This document shows positions 39,706 to 50,929 of a DNA stretch of 64,000 nucleotides, in pieces. Source of the DNA: Candidatus Marinacidobacterales bacterium (GTDB lineage: Bacteria; Acidobacteriota; Vicinamibacteria; Marinacidobacterales; SMYC01); NCBI GenBank assembly GCA_965237955.1, contig OZ250169.1:4896001-4960000 (forward strand). Direction: 5' to 3'. Under the pieces are notes generated by a model. The model was not told the origin of the DNA. It did not search any database and was given only the letters and a program-made list of their open reading frames with translations. Each line of letters begins with the position of its first letter. The stretch's first letter is position 1. The position numbers were made by a program, and so were the translations under genes.

Positions 39706-41811
39706 TCAAGTCGTCACGTAAGCCGTCTTTACAGTCGTATAGAATTCTGGGTCTACGCGGATTCGTGTGGGTTGAAGACGGCATTTCTGGGTAATGGCGG
39801 AAGGAAAGCCGCCACGATCTTCAGCTTGAGATATTCCTCGTCGCGATAGCCGTAGGCGCGTCGTTGCAGCACACGGATTTTGTTGTTGACCCCTTCAACT
39901 AGGAGGCGCAGACGTTCCATCTCGGCCACCGCCTTGTCCGGCACAGCTTGCCCACATGCGTCGCAAAACGCTAGGTGTAGCGCGAGTTGTTCGCCAGCCA
40001 GTCCAGGTGTTCTACATGCAAACCGCCGCACCCAGGACAGTTGACGCGCCAACGCTCGTATTCCAGATAGATCCGCCAGCCTGCCAACGACAGGTCGCGG
40101 ACCCGGCACACTTGCTTGTCATAGCGCCCCCGGCACCGTTGCCCACAGTAAGAGCACACAGCTGTTTTTTTCGCCTCTTGAGCTGGATGACGCGGGCGTA
40201 TCGGTCACCGAATAGACCCTTCAATCCGGCACACCACGAAACCTGGCAGCGCAAACAGCGAGCGGATCGACTGGGAATTTTTCACTCGGTTAGCCTATCC
40301 TAAAAATGGACCACTTTTCAGCACCTGATGAAGTACTCGATACCTTTTCCACACAATGAGTTACACTGTTTTTCCGTCAGAACTTACCCACACGAATCCG
40401 CGTAGACCCAGAATTCTTTCGCGTAACCGCCTTGCTCACGCGGGCCGTAGCTCGAGCCCTTGGTGCCGCCGAACGGTACGTGGTAGTCCACTCCCGCGGT
40501 CGGCAAGTTCACCATCACCATCCCCGCGCGCGATGCTTTTTTGAAATCGTCCGCGTGTTTGAGGGAGGTCGTCACGATGCCGGCGGAAAGACCGAAGTCG
40601 GTGTCGTTGGCGACCGCGACCGCTTCGTCGTACTCCTTGACGCGTACCACGGACGCGACCGGTCCGAAAACCTCCTCGCGATTGATCCGCATCTGGTTGT
40701 CGGTGTCGACGAAAAGGGCCGGGCTCAAGTAGAACCCTTCGGTGTCGCGGGTGACCCGCTCGCCGCCGCAGGCGAGACGCGCACCTTCTTTCTGGCCGAT
40801 CTCGATGTAGGACAGATCCTGGTCGAGCTGGGTCTGATCGACGACCGGGCCGATGTCGGTGTCATCGGCGATGGCATCACCTATTCGCAGCGCTTTCAGT
40901 TTCTCCACGACACCGTCGACGAAGCGATCGTGAATCCCTTCGGTCACGATGAGCCGCGACGAGGCCGTGCACCGTTGGCCCGTCGAGAAAAACGCTCCGT
41001 TGACCGCACAGTTGATGGCGACGTCGAGATCGGCATCATCGAGCACGACCAGAGGGTTCTTCCCGCCCATCTCGAGCTAGACTTTCGCATGGCGCTTCGT
41101 GGCTTCCATGAGAATCTGATGACCGGTCTCGACCGAGCCGGTGAAACTGATCCCGTTGACTTCGGGCGATTTGACGATTGCGTCGCCGACGATCGAACCC
41201 TTGCCGATGACGAGATTGAACACCCCGTCGGGAATGCCCGCGCGCGAGATGATGTCGGCGATGGCCCAGCCGCAGCCCGGGGTCAGCTCCGCGGGCTTGA
41301 ACACGACGGTGTTCCCGAACGCCAACGCGGGCGCGATCTTCCAAGCAGGAATGGCAATGGGGAAGTTCCACGGCGTGATGATCCCGACGACACCGAGAGG
41401 CTCGCGCGTCACTTCCACACGGACGCCGGGGCGGACCGAGGGCATCAGCTCACCGCCGGTACGGAGCACTTCACCCCCGAAGAATTTGAAGACGTAACCG
41501 GCGCGGGCGACTTCACCGATGCCTTCCTTGAGCGTCTTTCCTTCTTCGCGCGCGAGGAGGCGTCCCAGTTCCTCGCGTCGCTCGAGAATCTCGCTGCCAA
41601 TAGCGTCGAGTGCGTCGGAACGCGCCTGGATGCCAGATTGCGCCCAGCCCGCGAAAGCGGCACGCGCCGCCTGGATGGCGTCCTCGGCCTGCTTTTTGTC
41701 CGCGCGGGCGTACTCGCCAACACTTTCTGCCAGATTCGAGGGATTGATGTTCGGGGCGTAGCTGTCGCCCTTGACCCATTCACCACCGATGAACTGATCG
41801 TGTGTAGCCAT
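39706..41811 (-). pseudogene. Aldehyde dehydrogenase, with internal TAG and IS insertion
   Basis: PWNFP, FTGS, *LEMGGKN (TAG at 41077-41079), GQRC, EEVFGP; the tail EF|YTTVKTAY is split by the ISL3 derivative. Confidence 0.9.
39749..40409 (-). mobile_element. Internally deleted, non-autonomous derivative of ISL3 element B
   Basis: 24-bp perfect IRs; 8-bp TSD AGAATTCT at 39741-39748 and 40410-40417; about 720 bp shorter than the full copy. Confidence 0.9.
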
Positions 41812-41822
41812 AGCTCTCAAGT

Positions 41823-42722
41823 CTATCCTTGCGCCGACACGATAGCACGCTTGATGAGAGTGACGCAGTTGCCGGTGTCGTTGTAGTGCACGTCATCGAA
41901 GAACTGACGCATCAAGAAAAGTCCGCGACCGCTCGGGCGCCGCACGTTCTCCGGTAACCTCGGGTCGGGAACGGTGGAAACGTCGAAGCCACGACCTTCG
42001 TCCCGGATCTCGATCCGTCCCTCCGACGCGTTGAACTTCGAGCGGACCGTAACTTTGCGGTTGCTGAAAGGGGCCGTTCGGCGGCGCTCCTCAATGAGTC
42101 GATCGAATGCATCGAAATCCTCCTTGCGGCTCGAAGACTCGATCTCGAGATTGCCGTGGACCCAGGCGTTCAAAAGCGCCTCCTGAATCGCGACCCCGAT
42201 CGAGATTCGATCGAGCGAGCCGCGAAGCGCGAAGTGATCGATCTGCTCGAGGAGATAGTGGATCACGTCCGAGAACAGGGATGGATCCCCCGGTAACTCG
42301 AACACCATGGACGATTCCGTCATCGTGTCGAGGAGCCTGGTACCGATGACAGCTTTCTCGCACAGCGACAGGACTCGTTCCACGGTGTCCTCGACACTGC
42401 GCGCGATTCTGGAGCGTGGGACATAGCTCACCGCTCCCAGATGGAGCGCTTTCACGATCGATTCATCAGGGCGTTCACGCGTCAGGAAGATGATCGGCAA
42501 GCTAGGCTGGCGCTTGCGAGCCTCTTTGAACAGCGTCTGCGCGTCCATGTCAGGCAGACTCGATCCGGCCAGGAGGACATCCGCGGGGCCAGCATCGAGC
42601 CGCGCGAGGACCTCTTCGCCGGACTCCACGGCAATGACGTCGCTGAAGGGACGCTTTTTGAAAAGCTTCACGATCAGCGAGCGATCGCCCCGAATGTCGT
42701 CCGCAACTAGAATCTTCGGCAT
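41823..42722 (-). CDS. Receiver domain plus RsbW-like HATPase_c protein
   Basis: ILVADD receiver; [24 protein letters not shown]. Confidence 0.85.
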   Translation of the reverse strand: MPKILVADDIRGDRSLIVKLFKKRPFSDVIAVESGEEVLARLDAGPADVLLAGSSLPDMDAQTLFKEARKRQPSLPIIFLTRERPDESIVKALHLGAVSYVPRSRIARSVEDTVERVLSLCEKAVIGTRLLDTMTESSMVFELPGDPSLFSDVIHYLLEQIDHFALRGSLDRISIGVAIQEALLNAWVHGNLEIESSSRKEDFDAFDRLIEERRRTAPFSNRKVTVRSKFNASEGRIEIRDEGRGFDVSTVPDPRLPENVRRPSGRGLFLMRQFFDDVHYNDTGNCVTLIKRAIVSAQG

Positions 42723-42792
42723 ATACTTATCCGCGCCGCGTATTGTGATATTAAAAAGCCCAAGGAGCAACGTGACGAAGGGGAGATCGAAC

Positions 42793-44730
42793 ATGCGACG
42801 TTGGATAAACGGGATTTACGTTTTGAGTATGGCAACGCTTTCACTGGCCGTGAGCGCGCCACCAGTGTGGCCACAGATTCCACCTCCGCCGGACGGAAGC
42901 GAAGCGCTCTCCGAGCTCTATCCAGGACGCGCTTACTCACCGTATGCCGGGAGGGGATTTCCGAGTCGTATGTTTTGGGGCGACACCCATTTGCATACGG
43001 CGCTGTCCATGGACGCCGGCGCTTTCGGCAACCGCCTCGGTCTCGACGAAGCCTACCGGCTAGCGCGAGGAGAGGAAGTCACGAGCTCGACGGGATTGAA
43101 AGTGAAACTGGCGCGGCCCCTCGATTTTCTCGTTGTGGCCGATCACTCGGACAACATGGGCTTCTTCCCCGATTTGTTCGACGCCAAGCCCCATATTCTG
43201 AAGGATCCAACCGGTAAAGACTGGTACGACCGGGTCATGGCCGGCGAAGGCGTCGGAGTAGCGCTCGAGCTCATCGGGCTGTTCTCGCAAGGACAGTTTC
43301 CCGAAGCGCTCATGTACACGCCCGACTCCGCGCCCTACAAGTCCGCGTGGCAGGCGACGGTCGATGCCGCCGAAGGGTACAACGAGCCTGGTCGATTCAC
43401 CGCATTCATCGGTTACGAATGGACGTCACTCGTACGCGGCAACAACATGCACCGCGTCGTCATCTACCGTGACGGTGGAGACAAGGGCGGGCAGATGGTG
43501 CCGTTCACGACCGTGGCACCGACGGGCAGCATCAACCCGCGCGACCTTTGGAAATGGTTGACGATGTACGAACAGACAACCGGCGGCGATGTGCTCGCGA
43601 TCGCGCACAACGGAAATCTCGCCAATGGCATCATGTTCCCGCTGATGGCTCAGTATGACGGCGTGATGCTCGACGACGACTACGTGACTCAACGTGCGAT
43701 GTGGGAGCCTCTCTACGAGGCGACTCAGATCAAAGGTGACGGCGAAGCGCATCCGTTCCTTTCACCCGACGACGAGTTCGCCGATTACGAGACGTGGGAC
43801 CTCGGCAATCTCGACGCCTCCGAAGCCAAGACCAACGACATGCTCGCGGGCGAGTATGCACGCGAAGCGCTGAAGCGGGGGCTCGCGATCGAGGCAACGC
43901 TCGGTATCAACCCTTACAAGATCGGCATGATCGGCTCCACCGATACACACACGTCGCTCTCCACGGCCGAGGAAGATAACTTCTTCGGCAAGCACTCCGG
44001 TTACGAGCCCAGCCCCACCCGCATGGACCACCCGTTCATGCAAACGGAAGCGGGAACGCTCTGGGCGTGGCAGCAAGTCGCTTCCGGGCTTGCTGCTGTG
44101 TGGGCGACCGACAACACCCGCGCGGCGATTTTCGACGCCATGGAGCGGAAGGAAGCCTACGCCACGACCGGCTCGCGTATGGGCGTTCGATTTTTTGGTG
44201 GATGGGAGTATACCGAGCAGGACTTGAACAGTCGCCAGCCGGCCTTCGCTGGTTACGAAAAAGGTGTTCCCATGGGAGGCGATCTTCGCGCGAAGCCGGC
44301 AAGCGCGCCGGCGCCCACGTTCATGGTCTATGCGCTACGCGATCCGATCGGAGCCAATCTCGACCGTATTCAGATCATCAAGGGCTGGCTCGACGCGAAC
44401 GGTGAGACCCACGAGCAGGTGTACGACGTTGTTTGGTCCGGAGATCGCAGCATTGGATCGAACGGAAAGCTGCCGCCGGTAGGCACCACCGTCGATGTGG
44501 CGAATGCGAACTGGACCAACACGATTGGGGCGCCAGAGCTGGGCGTGGTGTGGACGGATCCGGATTTCGACCCGGCGCACAAGGCTGTTTACTACGCGCG
44601 CGTGATCGAGATCCCGACGCCGCGATGGACGACCTATGATGCGTTTCGCTTTGGCACCAGCCTGCCGGAGGGCGCACCGACGTCGACCCAAGAACGGGCC
44701 TATACGTCGCCGACCTGGTACACGCCTTAG
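42793..44730 (+). CDS. DUF3604-family secreted PHP-like protein
   Basis: FWGDTHLHT...LDFLVVADH...GYEWT...HNGN...QERAYTSP; signal peptide. Confidence 0.85.
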   Translation: MRRWINGIYVLSMATLSLAVSAPPVWPQIPPPPDGSEALSELYPGRAYSPYAGRGFPSRMFWGDTHLHTALSMDAGAFGNRLGLDEAYRLARGEEVTSSTGLKVKLARPLDFLVVADHSDNMGFFPDLFDAKPHILKDPTGKDWYDRVMAGEGVGVALELIGLFSQGQFPEALMYTPDSAPYKSAWQATVDAAEGYNEPGRFTAFIGYEWTSLVRGNNMHRVVIYRDGGDKGGQMVPFTTVAPTGSINPRDLWKWLTMYEQTTGGDVLAIAHNGNLANGIMFPLMAQYDGVMLDDDYVTQRAMWEPLYEATQIKGDGEAHPFLSPDDEFADYETWDLGNLDASEAKTNDMLAGEYAREALKRGLAIEATLGINPYKIGMIGSTDTHTSLSTAEEDNFFGKHSGYEPSPTRMDHPFMQTEAGTLWAWQQVASGLAAVWATDNTRAAIFDAMERKEAYATTGSRMGVRFFGGWEYTEQDLNSRQPAFAGYEKGVPMGGDLRAKPASAPAPTFMVYALRDPIGANLDRIQIIKGWLDANGETHEQVYDVVWSGDRSIGSNGKLPPVGTTVDVANANWTNTIGAPELGVVWTDPDFDPAHKAVYYARVIEIPTPRWTTYDAFRFGTSLPEGAPTSTQERAYTSPTWYTP

Positions 44731-44939
44731 GCCCGGGCCTTCGCACGTTGCACGGCTTCCGCGACGCGGTCGAGGTGGAATTTCTTTAATACCCCGCGAA
44801 GCTTCGGGTACTCGGCCACAAGCTCGCTGAGCTCCTCCCGATCGATGCGCAGGAGCTCGCTGTCTGTCGTTGTAAAGATGTTGGCGGTCCGGGGGACTCC
44901 GGTCAGAAACGAGACTTCGCGGAAGAACTTGTTTGTCAA
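44727..44939 (-). pseudogene. Cyclic-nucleotide-binding domain C-terminal remnant
   Basis: FFREVSFLTGVPRTANI matches the FGE...PRTA phosphate-binding cassette. Confidence 0.6.
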
Positions 44940-45016
44940 AAAGGGTCGCCAATGGCAAAGGGTCGGAAAGCGCGGTACGCTATTCTCTTCCGGATGTGCG
45001 GAACGAGGAGCTTTCC

Positions 45017-46399
45017 ATGCTGAAGAAAATTCTCATTGTCGTCGCGATCCTTCTGCTCGTGGGCATTTTTCTGCTCGCCAAGGACTACGACTCTCCCGAG
45101 CTCGGGCAGGCTCTTCTCGACAAAGTCGGTGAGGCTACCGGCGTCGAGATGACGGCAACGGGCTTCCGATTCAATTTGTTCAAGGGCGTCGAGCTCGACA
45201 ACGTCACCGCGTCCTCGAGCAGCCCCGGCAGGGAGCTCGACTTCACGCTCGATCAGCTCGTGTTCGAGCATCGTCTCGGTCCACTTCTCTCCGGAACCGT
45301 GGCAATCGATCGCATCGTTTTGGATCACCCGCAGTTCGAGCTCGTGGAAACACCGTCCCAGGCCGAGCCGGCGGCGGAAGCAGAGCCCGCTGAAGCCGAG
45401 CCCTCCGCGGACGCGACCGCGACAGATGGGGAAGAGGAAGGCGGTCTCGCGCTCGAAGTGAAACAGATTCTCGTTCGAGATGGCTCGATCGTCATGCGGA
45501 ACACCGACAGTGGCTCCGAGACCCGTGTCGAGGGCCTCGACTTCACCATGGAGAACCTGCAGTTCGACCCGACGGCCGATTCCCTGGCAGCGCTCGCGGC
45601 GGAAGGAGAGCTCACGATCGCAGAAATCAATCTGGACACGTTGGCCTTGAGCGAGCTTCGCAGTCGGTTTCAGCTCGCGAGCGCGGTGTTCGATCTCAGC
45701 GAGCTCGTGTTCACGACGGCACACGGTAAATTTGCCGCGGACGCGAACGTCGACTTCAACCCGGTGCCGTTCACCTACACGATGACGGCCACCGGCGATC
45801 CGCTCGACCTCAATGGGATGGTGGGCGCTAGCGAAGGCTTTGGGCCGGCTACGGTGCAGCTCGACGCCGACGGCGCGGGAGCGGATACCAAAGATGTGGA
45901 CGCGAGTGGTGGTCTAAACCTTGCGGCGGGCGAATTTCCTTCCGTCGACGTGTTCACTGGCATCGATAAGGCCCTCGGGAAGCAAGTCGTCGCGGGGGCG
46001 CCGTACGAGGCGACCGAGCTCAGCTTCGTGCTCGACAACAACATCATTCGGCTCGCGCCGTTTCGCTTCACCACCGAGTTCGCCCGTCTCGATCTCGACG
46101 GCACCATCAGTCTCGAGGGTCCGATCGATCTCGGTCTCTCGGTGGCGACGCCGCGCGAGGGGCTCAACATCGACGGGGCCACCGCGACGGTTTTAGATGT
46201 TCTTGCCGACGACGAGGGGTGGGTTCCGATTCCTATGACGATCACGGGAACAATGGAACAAGCGACAGTGCGACCCGACGCAATGGCACTCATGGCGCAG
46301 GCAAGTGCCGGCGCCAAGCGCGAAGTGAAAGAAGCAGCGACGGAAGCCGCCGGGGACGCGCTTCGGGGACTCCTCGGTGGACGGAAGAAGAAGAACTGA
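45017..46399 (+). CDS. AsmA-family protein
   Basis: N-terminal anchor, beta-rich body, C-terminal IPMTITGT. Confidence 0.7.
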   Translation: MLKKILIVVAILLLVGIFLLAKDYDSPELGQALLDKVGEATGVEMTATGFRFNLFKGVELDNVTASSSSPGRELDFTLDQLVFEHRLGPLLSGTVAIDRIVLDHPQFELVETPSQAEPAAEAEPAEAEPSADATATDGEEEGGLALEVKQILVRDGSIVMRNTDSGSETRVEGLDFTMENLQFDPTADSLAALAAEGELTIAEINLDTLALSELRSRFQLASAVFDLSELVFTTAHGKFAADANVDFNPVPFTYTMTATGDPLDLNGMVGASEGFGPATVQLDADGAGADTKDVDASGGLNLAAGEFPSVDVFTGIDKALGKQVVAGAPYEATELSFVLDNNIIRLAPFRFTTEFARLDLDGTISLEGPIDLGLSVATPREGLNIDGATATVLDVLADDEGWVPIPMTITGTMEQATVRPDAMALMAQASAGAKREVKEAATEAAGDALRGLLGGRKKKN

Positions 46400-46400
46400 G

Positions 46401-47126
46401 ATGAGTGAGACCGAAACCCAATCGCGCATCGATGTGCACGAGCACGGGATGGACCGTGACGGCACGAAGACTTCCACGAACCGGCGTCTGTTCATGCAGC
46501 TTCAGGTCTTCACCGGCTGCACCGATGCAGAAGCGATTGCGAAGGCCGTGGAAGGCTCGGGCATCGAAGCCGCCGTCTATCTCGACGTCAACGATCCACG
46601 AGGCGTCGGGCTTCTCACGATGTCGGAAGAGCCGGCGCACTTCGTGAAGGAAGTCCGCCCGTTGGTGAATCAAGGGCCGTTTCGGGAACTCACGTTCCGG
46701 CCCGAATTCACGATGCTCGGCCGCTCCTACACGAGCGGATACGAGCCGAACCTCGAAGATTGGCTCCTAAAGAAGCCGCGGTGCAACGCGCTCAACCCCG
46801 ACTGGCCGTGGGCGGTGTGGTATCCCCTGCGACGCCGAGGTGCGTTCAACGCGCTACCTGAGAAGGAGCAAGCGAGCATCCTTCGCGAGCACGGCGGCAT
46901 CGGTCGTCTCTACGGCGAGCAGGACCTTGCGCACGATATCCGCCTGGCATGCCACGGCATCGACACCCACGACAACGAGTTCGTCATCGGCCTCACCGGC
47001 AAAGAGCTGCACCCTCTCTCGCATCTCGTCCAAACGATGCGTAAGACACGACAAACCTCGGAGTTCATGCAGCACATGGGCCCGTTCTTCATCGGCCTCA
47101 CGCTGTGGCAAAGCCCGTCACCCTGA
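46401..47126 (+). CDS. Chlorite dismutase/coproheme decarboxylase family heme protein
   Basis: WYPLRR, ILREHG (proximal His), GIDTHDNEFV, GPFFIG. Confidence 0.8.
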   Translation: MSETETQSRIDVHEHGMDRDGTKTSTNRRLFMQLQVFTGCTDAEAIAKAVEGSGIEAAVYLDVNDPRGVGLLTMSEEPAHFVKEVRPLVNQGPFRELTFRPEFTMLGRSYTSGYEPNLEDWLLKKPRCNALNPDWPWAVWYPLRRRGAFNALPEKEQASILREHGGIGRLYGEQDLAHDIRLACHGIDTHDNEFVIGLTGKELHPLSHLVQTMRKTRQTSEFMQHMGPFFIGLTLWQSPSP

Positions 47127-47212
47127 GCTCACTTTGAGGGGTGCGTAGATTGCACAAGCTGTGAGCTTGGCGAACGAAACCGTCGTCCGACACTTCAATC
47201 AGACCCTAACGA

Positions 47213-48898
47213 ATGAAAACTAACGACAAACAGATCATTTTTTCCCTCGTCGGCGTCGGGAGGATCCATCCTCCGAAGCGCCAGGTCCTCAAAGACATCT
47301 ACCTCTCGTTTTTTTACGGGGCGAAGATCGGTGTGCTCGGGTTGAACGGGGCAGGGAAGAGCACGATCCTCCGCATCATCGCCGGCACTGATAAGGAATA
47401 CATCGGGGAAGTGACGTTCTCCAAAGGCTACTCGGTGGGTTACCTCGAGCAGGAGCCGCAACTGACTGCTGGCAAGACCGTTAAGGAAGTGGTTCAGGAA
47501 GGACGTCAGGAAGTTCTCGATCTGCTCGAGGCCTATGAGAAAGTCAACGAGCGGTTCGGCGAAGAGCTTTCTTCTGAGGAAATGGACGAGGTCCTGAACG
47601 AGCAGGGCGAGCTTCAGGAAAAGATCGAGGCGGCCAACGGATGGGAGCTCGAGACCGAGCTCGAGATCGCGATGAGTGCGCTCCGGTGCCCGCCACCCGA
47701 CACGCTCGTCGATAACCTATCCGGTGGAGAGCGGCGCCGCGTCGCGCTGTGCCGCCTGCTCTTCCACGAGCCGGACATCCTGCTTCTGGACGAGCCGACG
47801 AACCATCTCGATGCGGAGACGGTGCAGTGGCTCGAGCAGCATTTGAGCCGTTACCAGGGAACGGTGATCGCGGTGACGCACGATCGCTACTTCCTCGACA
47901 ACGTTGCCGGTTGGATCCTCGAGCTCGACCGCGGGCAAGGTATCCCGTTCGAGGGGAACTACTCGTCGTGGCTCGAGCAGAAGCAAGCGCGCCTCGCCCA
48001 GGAAGAGAAAAGTGCGTCGAAGCGCCGGAAGACACTCGAGAACGAGCTCGAGTGGATCCGCATGGCGCCTCGGGCACGTCACGCGAAGAGCAAGGCCCGC
48101 ATCGCGCGCTACGAGGAGCTCGTTTCGCACGAGCACGAGAAGGTTGCGGAAGATCTCGAGATCTATATCCCGCCGGGCCCTCGGCTTGGCGACATCGTTC
48201 TCGAGGCCGACCACCTTCAGAAGGGCTATGACGACAATGTCTTGATCGACGATCTGAGCTTCCTGCTACCGCCAGGAGGCATCGTCGGTGTCATCGGCGC
48301 GAACGGTGCCGGCAAGACGACGCTTCTCCGCATGATCGTTGGTACGGAGGAGCCGGATGGCGGGACGCTTCGTCTAGGCGATACGGTGAAGCTCGGCTAC
48401 ATCGAACAGGAACGGGAGCTCCCTGCCGAGAAGACCGTCTGGGAAGTGATTGCGGACGAGCAAGACACCGTGAAGCTCGGTGGGCTCGAAGTCCAATCCC
48501 GCGCCTACGTGTCCCGGTTCAACTTCAGCGGATCGGATCAGCAAAAGAAAGCCGGCGACCTCTCCGGAGGCGAGAGAAACCGTGTGCATCTCGCGCGCAT
48601 GCTGAAAGAAGGCGCGAACTTCTTGCTCCTCGACGAGCCGACGAACGACCTCGACGTCAATACGCTCCGAGCTCTCGAAGAGGCGCTTCTTGAGTTCGGC
48701 GGCACCGCGCTCGTGGTGAGTCACGACCGTTGGTTCCTCGATCGCATCGCGACCCACATGCTTGCGTTCGAGGGGGATAGCAACGTCGTCTGGTTCGACG
48801 GGAACTACTCCGACTACGAGGCCGACCGCAAAAGAAGATTGGGTAAAGACGCCGAGCGGCCACATCCGATCCGATACAAGAAGCTCTCGAAGAACTGA
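47213..48898 (+). CDS. ettA: ABC-F translational throttle EttA
   Basis: LSFFYGAKIGVLGLNGAGKST; two ABC domains; ELEWIR linker. Confidence 0.95.
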   Translation: MKTNDKQIIFSLVGVGRIHPPKRQVLKDIYLSFFYGAKIGVLGLNGAGKSTILRIIAGTDKEYIGEVTFSKGYSVGYLEQEPQLTAGKTVKEVVQEGRQEVLDLLEAYEKVNERFGEELSSEEMDEVLNEQGELQEKIEAANGWELETELEIAMSALRCPPPDTLVDNLSGGERRRVALCRLLFHEPDILLLDEPTNHLDAETVQWLEQHLSRYQGTVIAVTHDRYFLDNVAGWILELDRGQGIPFEGNYSSWLEQKQARLAQEEKSASKRRKTLENELEWIRMAPRARHAKSKARIARYEELVSHEHEKVAEDLEIYIPPGPRLGDIVLEADHLQKGYDDNVLIDDLSFLLPPGGIVGVIGANGAGKTTLLRMIVGTEEPDGGTLRLGDTVKLGYIEQERELPAEKTVWEVIADEQDTVKLGGLEVQSRAYVSRFNFSGSDQQKKAGDLSGGERNRVHLARMLKEGANFLLLDEPTNDLDVNTLRALEEALLEFGGTALVVSHDRWFLDRIATHMLAFEGDSNVVWFDGNYSDYEADRKRRLGKDAERPHPIRYKKLSKN

Positions 48899-48901
48899 AG
48901 T

Positions 48902-49120
48902 CTACACGGCTCGAAGCGCCTGCTCGAGATCGTCGATGAGATCAACGGTGTCTTCGATCCCGCACGAGCACCGCACGAGGGAATCCGTGATCCCGAATCG
49001 GCGCCGCGCTTAGGGCGTCTGATCCCAATACGACATCAAGACCGGCATCTCGATGAGCGACTCGACTCCGCCGAGACTCGGCGCGATGTACGGAATGCGG
49101 CAGCGATCGACGAAGCCCCC
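48902..49120 (-). pseudogene. Cystathionine gamma-synthase-like C-terminal remnant
   Basis: IPYIAPSLGGVESLIEMP...*...LVRCSCGIED..DLIDDLEQAL. Confidence 0.7.
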
Positions 49121-49928
49121 GTCAGTGCGGCCGCGCGGTCGAGAGAGCGCCGGAGGTCGTCCCGGAGATCGTCGACGTGCTCGATCCCGACGGAGAGCCG
49201 CACGAGGTCTTCCGGAAAATCCCGTTCCGTACGGACGTCGTCGGGAATGCTGGCATGCGACATCCGGGCGGGAAGGCTCGCCGACGAGCGGACGCCGCCG
49301 AAACTCACGGTCACGGCAAACAGTCGGAGCGAGCGGATCAGCTCCAGTGAGCGCTCGAGGGCACCGGTCTCGAACGCGATGACGGCCCCGGCGCCGCGTG
49401 CTTGGCGTTCGTGCACGTCTCGTCCTGGATGTTCGGGCAGACCCACGTAGTGCACGCGCTCGACTACGGGATGGGATCGAAGATAGGGCGCCAAGAGACC
49501 GGCGTTGGATTGCTGCTTGTCCAGGCGGAGCGGGAGCGTCTTCATGCCGCGCTCGAGGAGCCATCCCTCGAACGGAGAGAGCGCCGTTCCGGTCGCGTTC
49601 TGATAGAAGTCGCGACCTGAGAGAACAAGCGATAGGTTCCACCGTAGAGGTCGACGCACGCGAGGATCTCTTCGCCCGCGGACACGAGAGCGCACGCTGC
49701 CGTGATCGCGGCCATGCCGCTCGAGAATGCAAACGCTGACGAGCCGCCTTCGACGCGAGCGAGCTGGTTTTCGACAACGCGGCGCGTCGGGTTTCCCGAG
49801 CGCGTGTAGTCGTACTCGCTGTCGTCGTCGAGGCGGAACGTCGCCGTTTGATAGAGCGGTGTTGCACTCGGTGCGTACGGATCGTCGGGAGAAGGCTCGT
49901 ACTGTATCCACTCGGTCTCGCGCTTCAT
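49121..49928 (-). pseudogene. Cystathionine beta/gamma-lyase with internal deletion and frameshift
   Basis: YTRSGNPT, FSSGMAA, DLYGGT, then jumps to RGMKTL...SFGGV; the PLP-lysine segment is missing. Confidence 0.8.
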
Positions 49929-50675
49929 GAGGGCACCCGTGTGCCGAGATCCGAGAGCGGCGCTGCGATCGTGAACGCAACTCCATGCTTGCGAGCGAAC
50001 TCGATAGCCTTCTTCTGCACGAGACTTCCACCGACGGTGGCGAGCTCGTCCAAACTCGCCGCGTCGTAGGCGGTACAGCTTGATGGTGCCGGAGCCTGGA
50101 TCGTGGCTGAAAAGGCCATCGACGTTCTTGATTAGCCGACACGCCTGAGCGCTCAGTCGTTCCGCGAGGAACAACGCGGTCAGGTCCGACCCACCGCGAC
50201 CAAAAACAGCAACCGAGCCGTCAAGGCGCCGCCCGAAAAAACCGGGAAGGACAATCACGGGTGCTCGTCCGAGGGCTTTGTGTACGCTGGCGACATCGAT
50301 GTCGACGGGTTCGCTGTTGAGCGACGACCCGCGCACCGTCAGCCCGATGCGGTCGGGGTCGAGTAGCTCGTTGGTCACACCGGCGTCGTCGAGAGCCAAC
50401 GACAGAAACGCCGCCGAGCGTGACTCGCCGGTTGCAAGCAGGCTAGCGAGTGGTTTTTCGGACGGCGCCCGAAAGCGCGTTCGCGCTTTGTTCAGCAGGC
50501 GCTCGGTGACGCCGGAAAACGCCGACGTCACCACGACAACGCGGGAGCCCGCCCGGAGTGTGCGCTCGACCTCCGCCACGGCGTTTGTGAGAGCATGGGG
50601 CCCGGACAGGACAGATCCGCCGAATTTGAGAATGGTTATCGGTAAGTTGGCCGAAGCCAAAGATGGGTAGAACAC
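49925..50675 (-). pseudogene. Aspartate-kinase-like protein (AAK domain only), frameshift near 50080
   Basis: LKFGGSVL, VVVVTSA, GRGGSDLTA, KNVDGLF..DP. Confidence 0.8.
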
Positions 50676-50707
50676 GATCGTCTCCTCTCAGCTGATGTCC
50701 AAAAACG

Positions 50708-50744
50708 AAAAAAGCACCGCCCCCGGGAACGCCGGGCGGGTGCT
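50708..50744 (-). terminator. Intrinsic terminator in the leader of the met operon
   Basis: Minus strand AGCACCCGCCCGG-loop-CCGGGGGCGGTGCT followed by a U-tract. Confidence 0.8.
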
Positions 50745-50765
50745 ACATCAGCTCGAGGAGAAGCA

Positions 50766-50858
50766 CTACTTCATGACGAGCCGGGCAGCACAGCCCGGCC
50801 AGGGCATATACATGCCGAGCATCTGCCGTGTTCGGCTCGAAGTAGCGTAGAGACTCAA
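50766..50858 (-). promoter_or_regulatory. Putative Met-rich leader peptide (attenuator)
   Basis: GGAG then TTG; peptide (M)SLYATSSRTRQMLGMYMPWPGCAARLVMK*; the segment at 50787-50799 is complementary to the terminator 5' arm. Confidence 0.65.
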
Positions 50859-50884
50859 TTCATTCACTCCAAGAGACAAGCGAT

Positions 50885-50913
50885 AGCATAGCCTGCGCCG
50901 GAGGTGCTGTCAA
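50885..50913 (-). promoter_or_regulatory. Sigma70-type promoter
   Basis: TTGACA-17 bp-TATGCT on the minus strand. Confidence 0.7.
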
Positions 50914-50929
50914 GGTAGAGTCCTTCATC

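Noticed and set aside
41077-41079. In-frame TAG in the ALDH as possible pyrrolysine or readthrough
   Set aside because: A CAG-to-TAG nonsense change is simpler, the gene is also IS-disrupted, and no pyl genes are seen.
50700-50870. SAM riboswitch or T-box upstream of the met genes
   Set aside because: I could not recognise SAM-I, SAM-II or T-box consensus motifs by eye; an Rfam scan is still needed.
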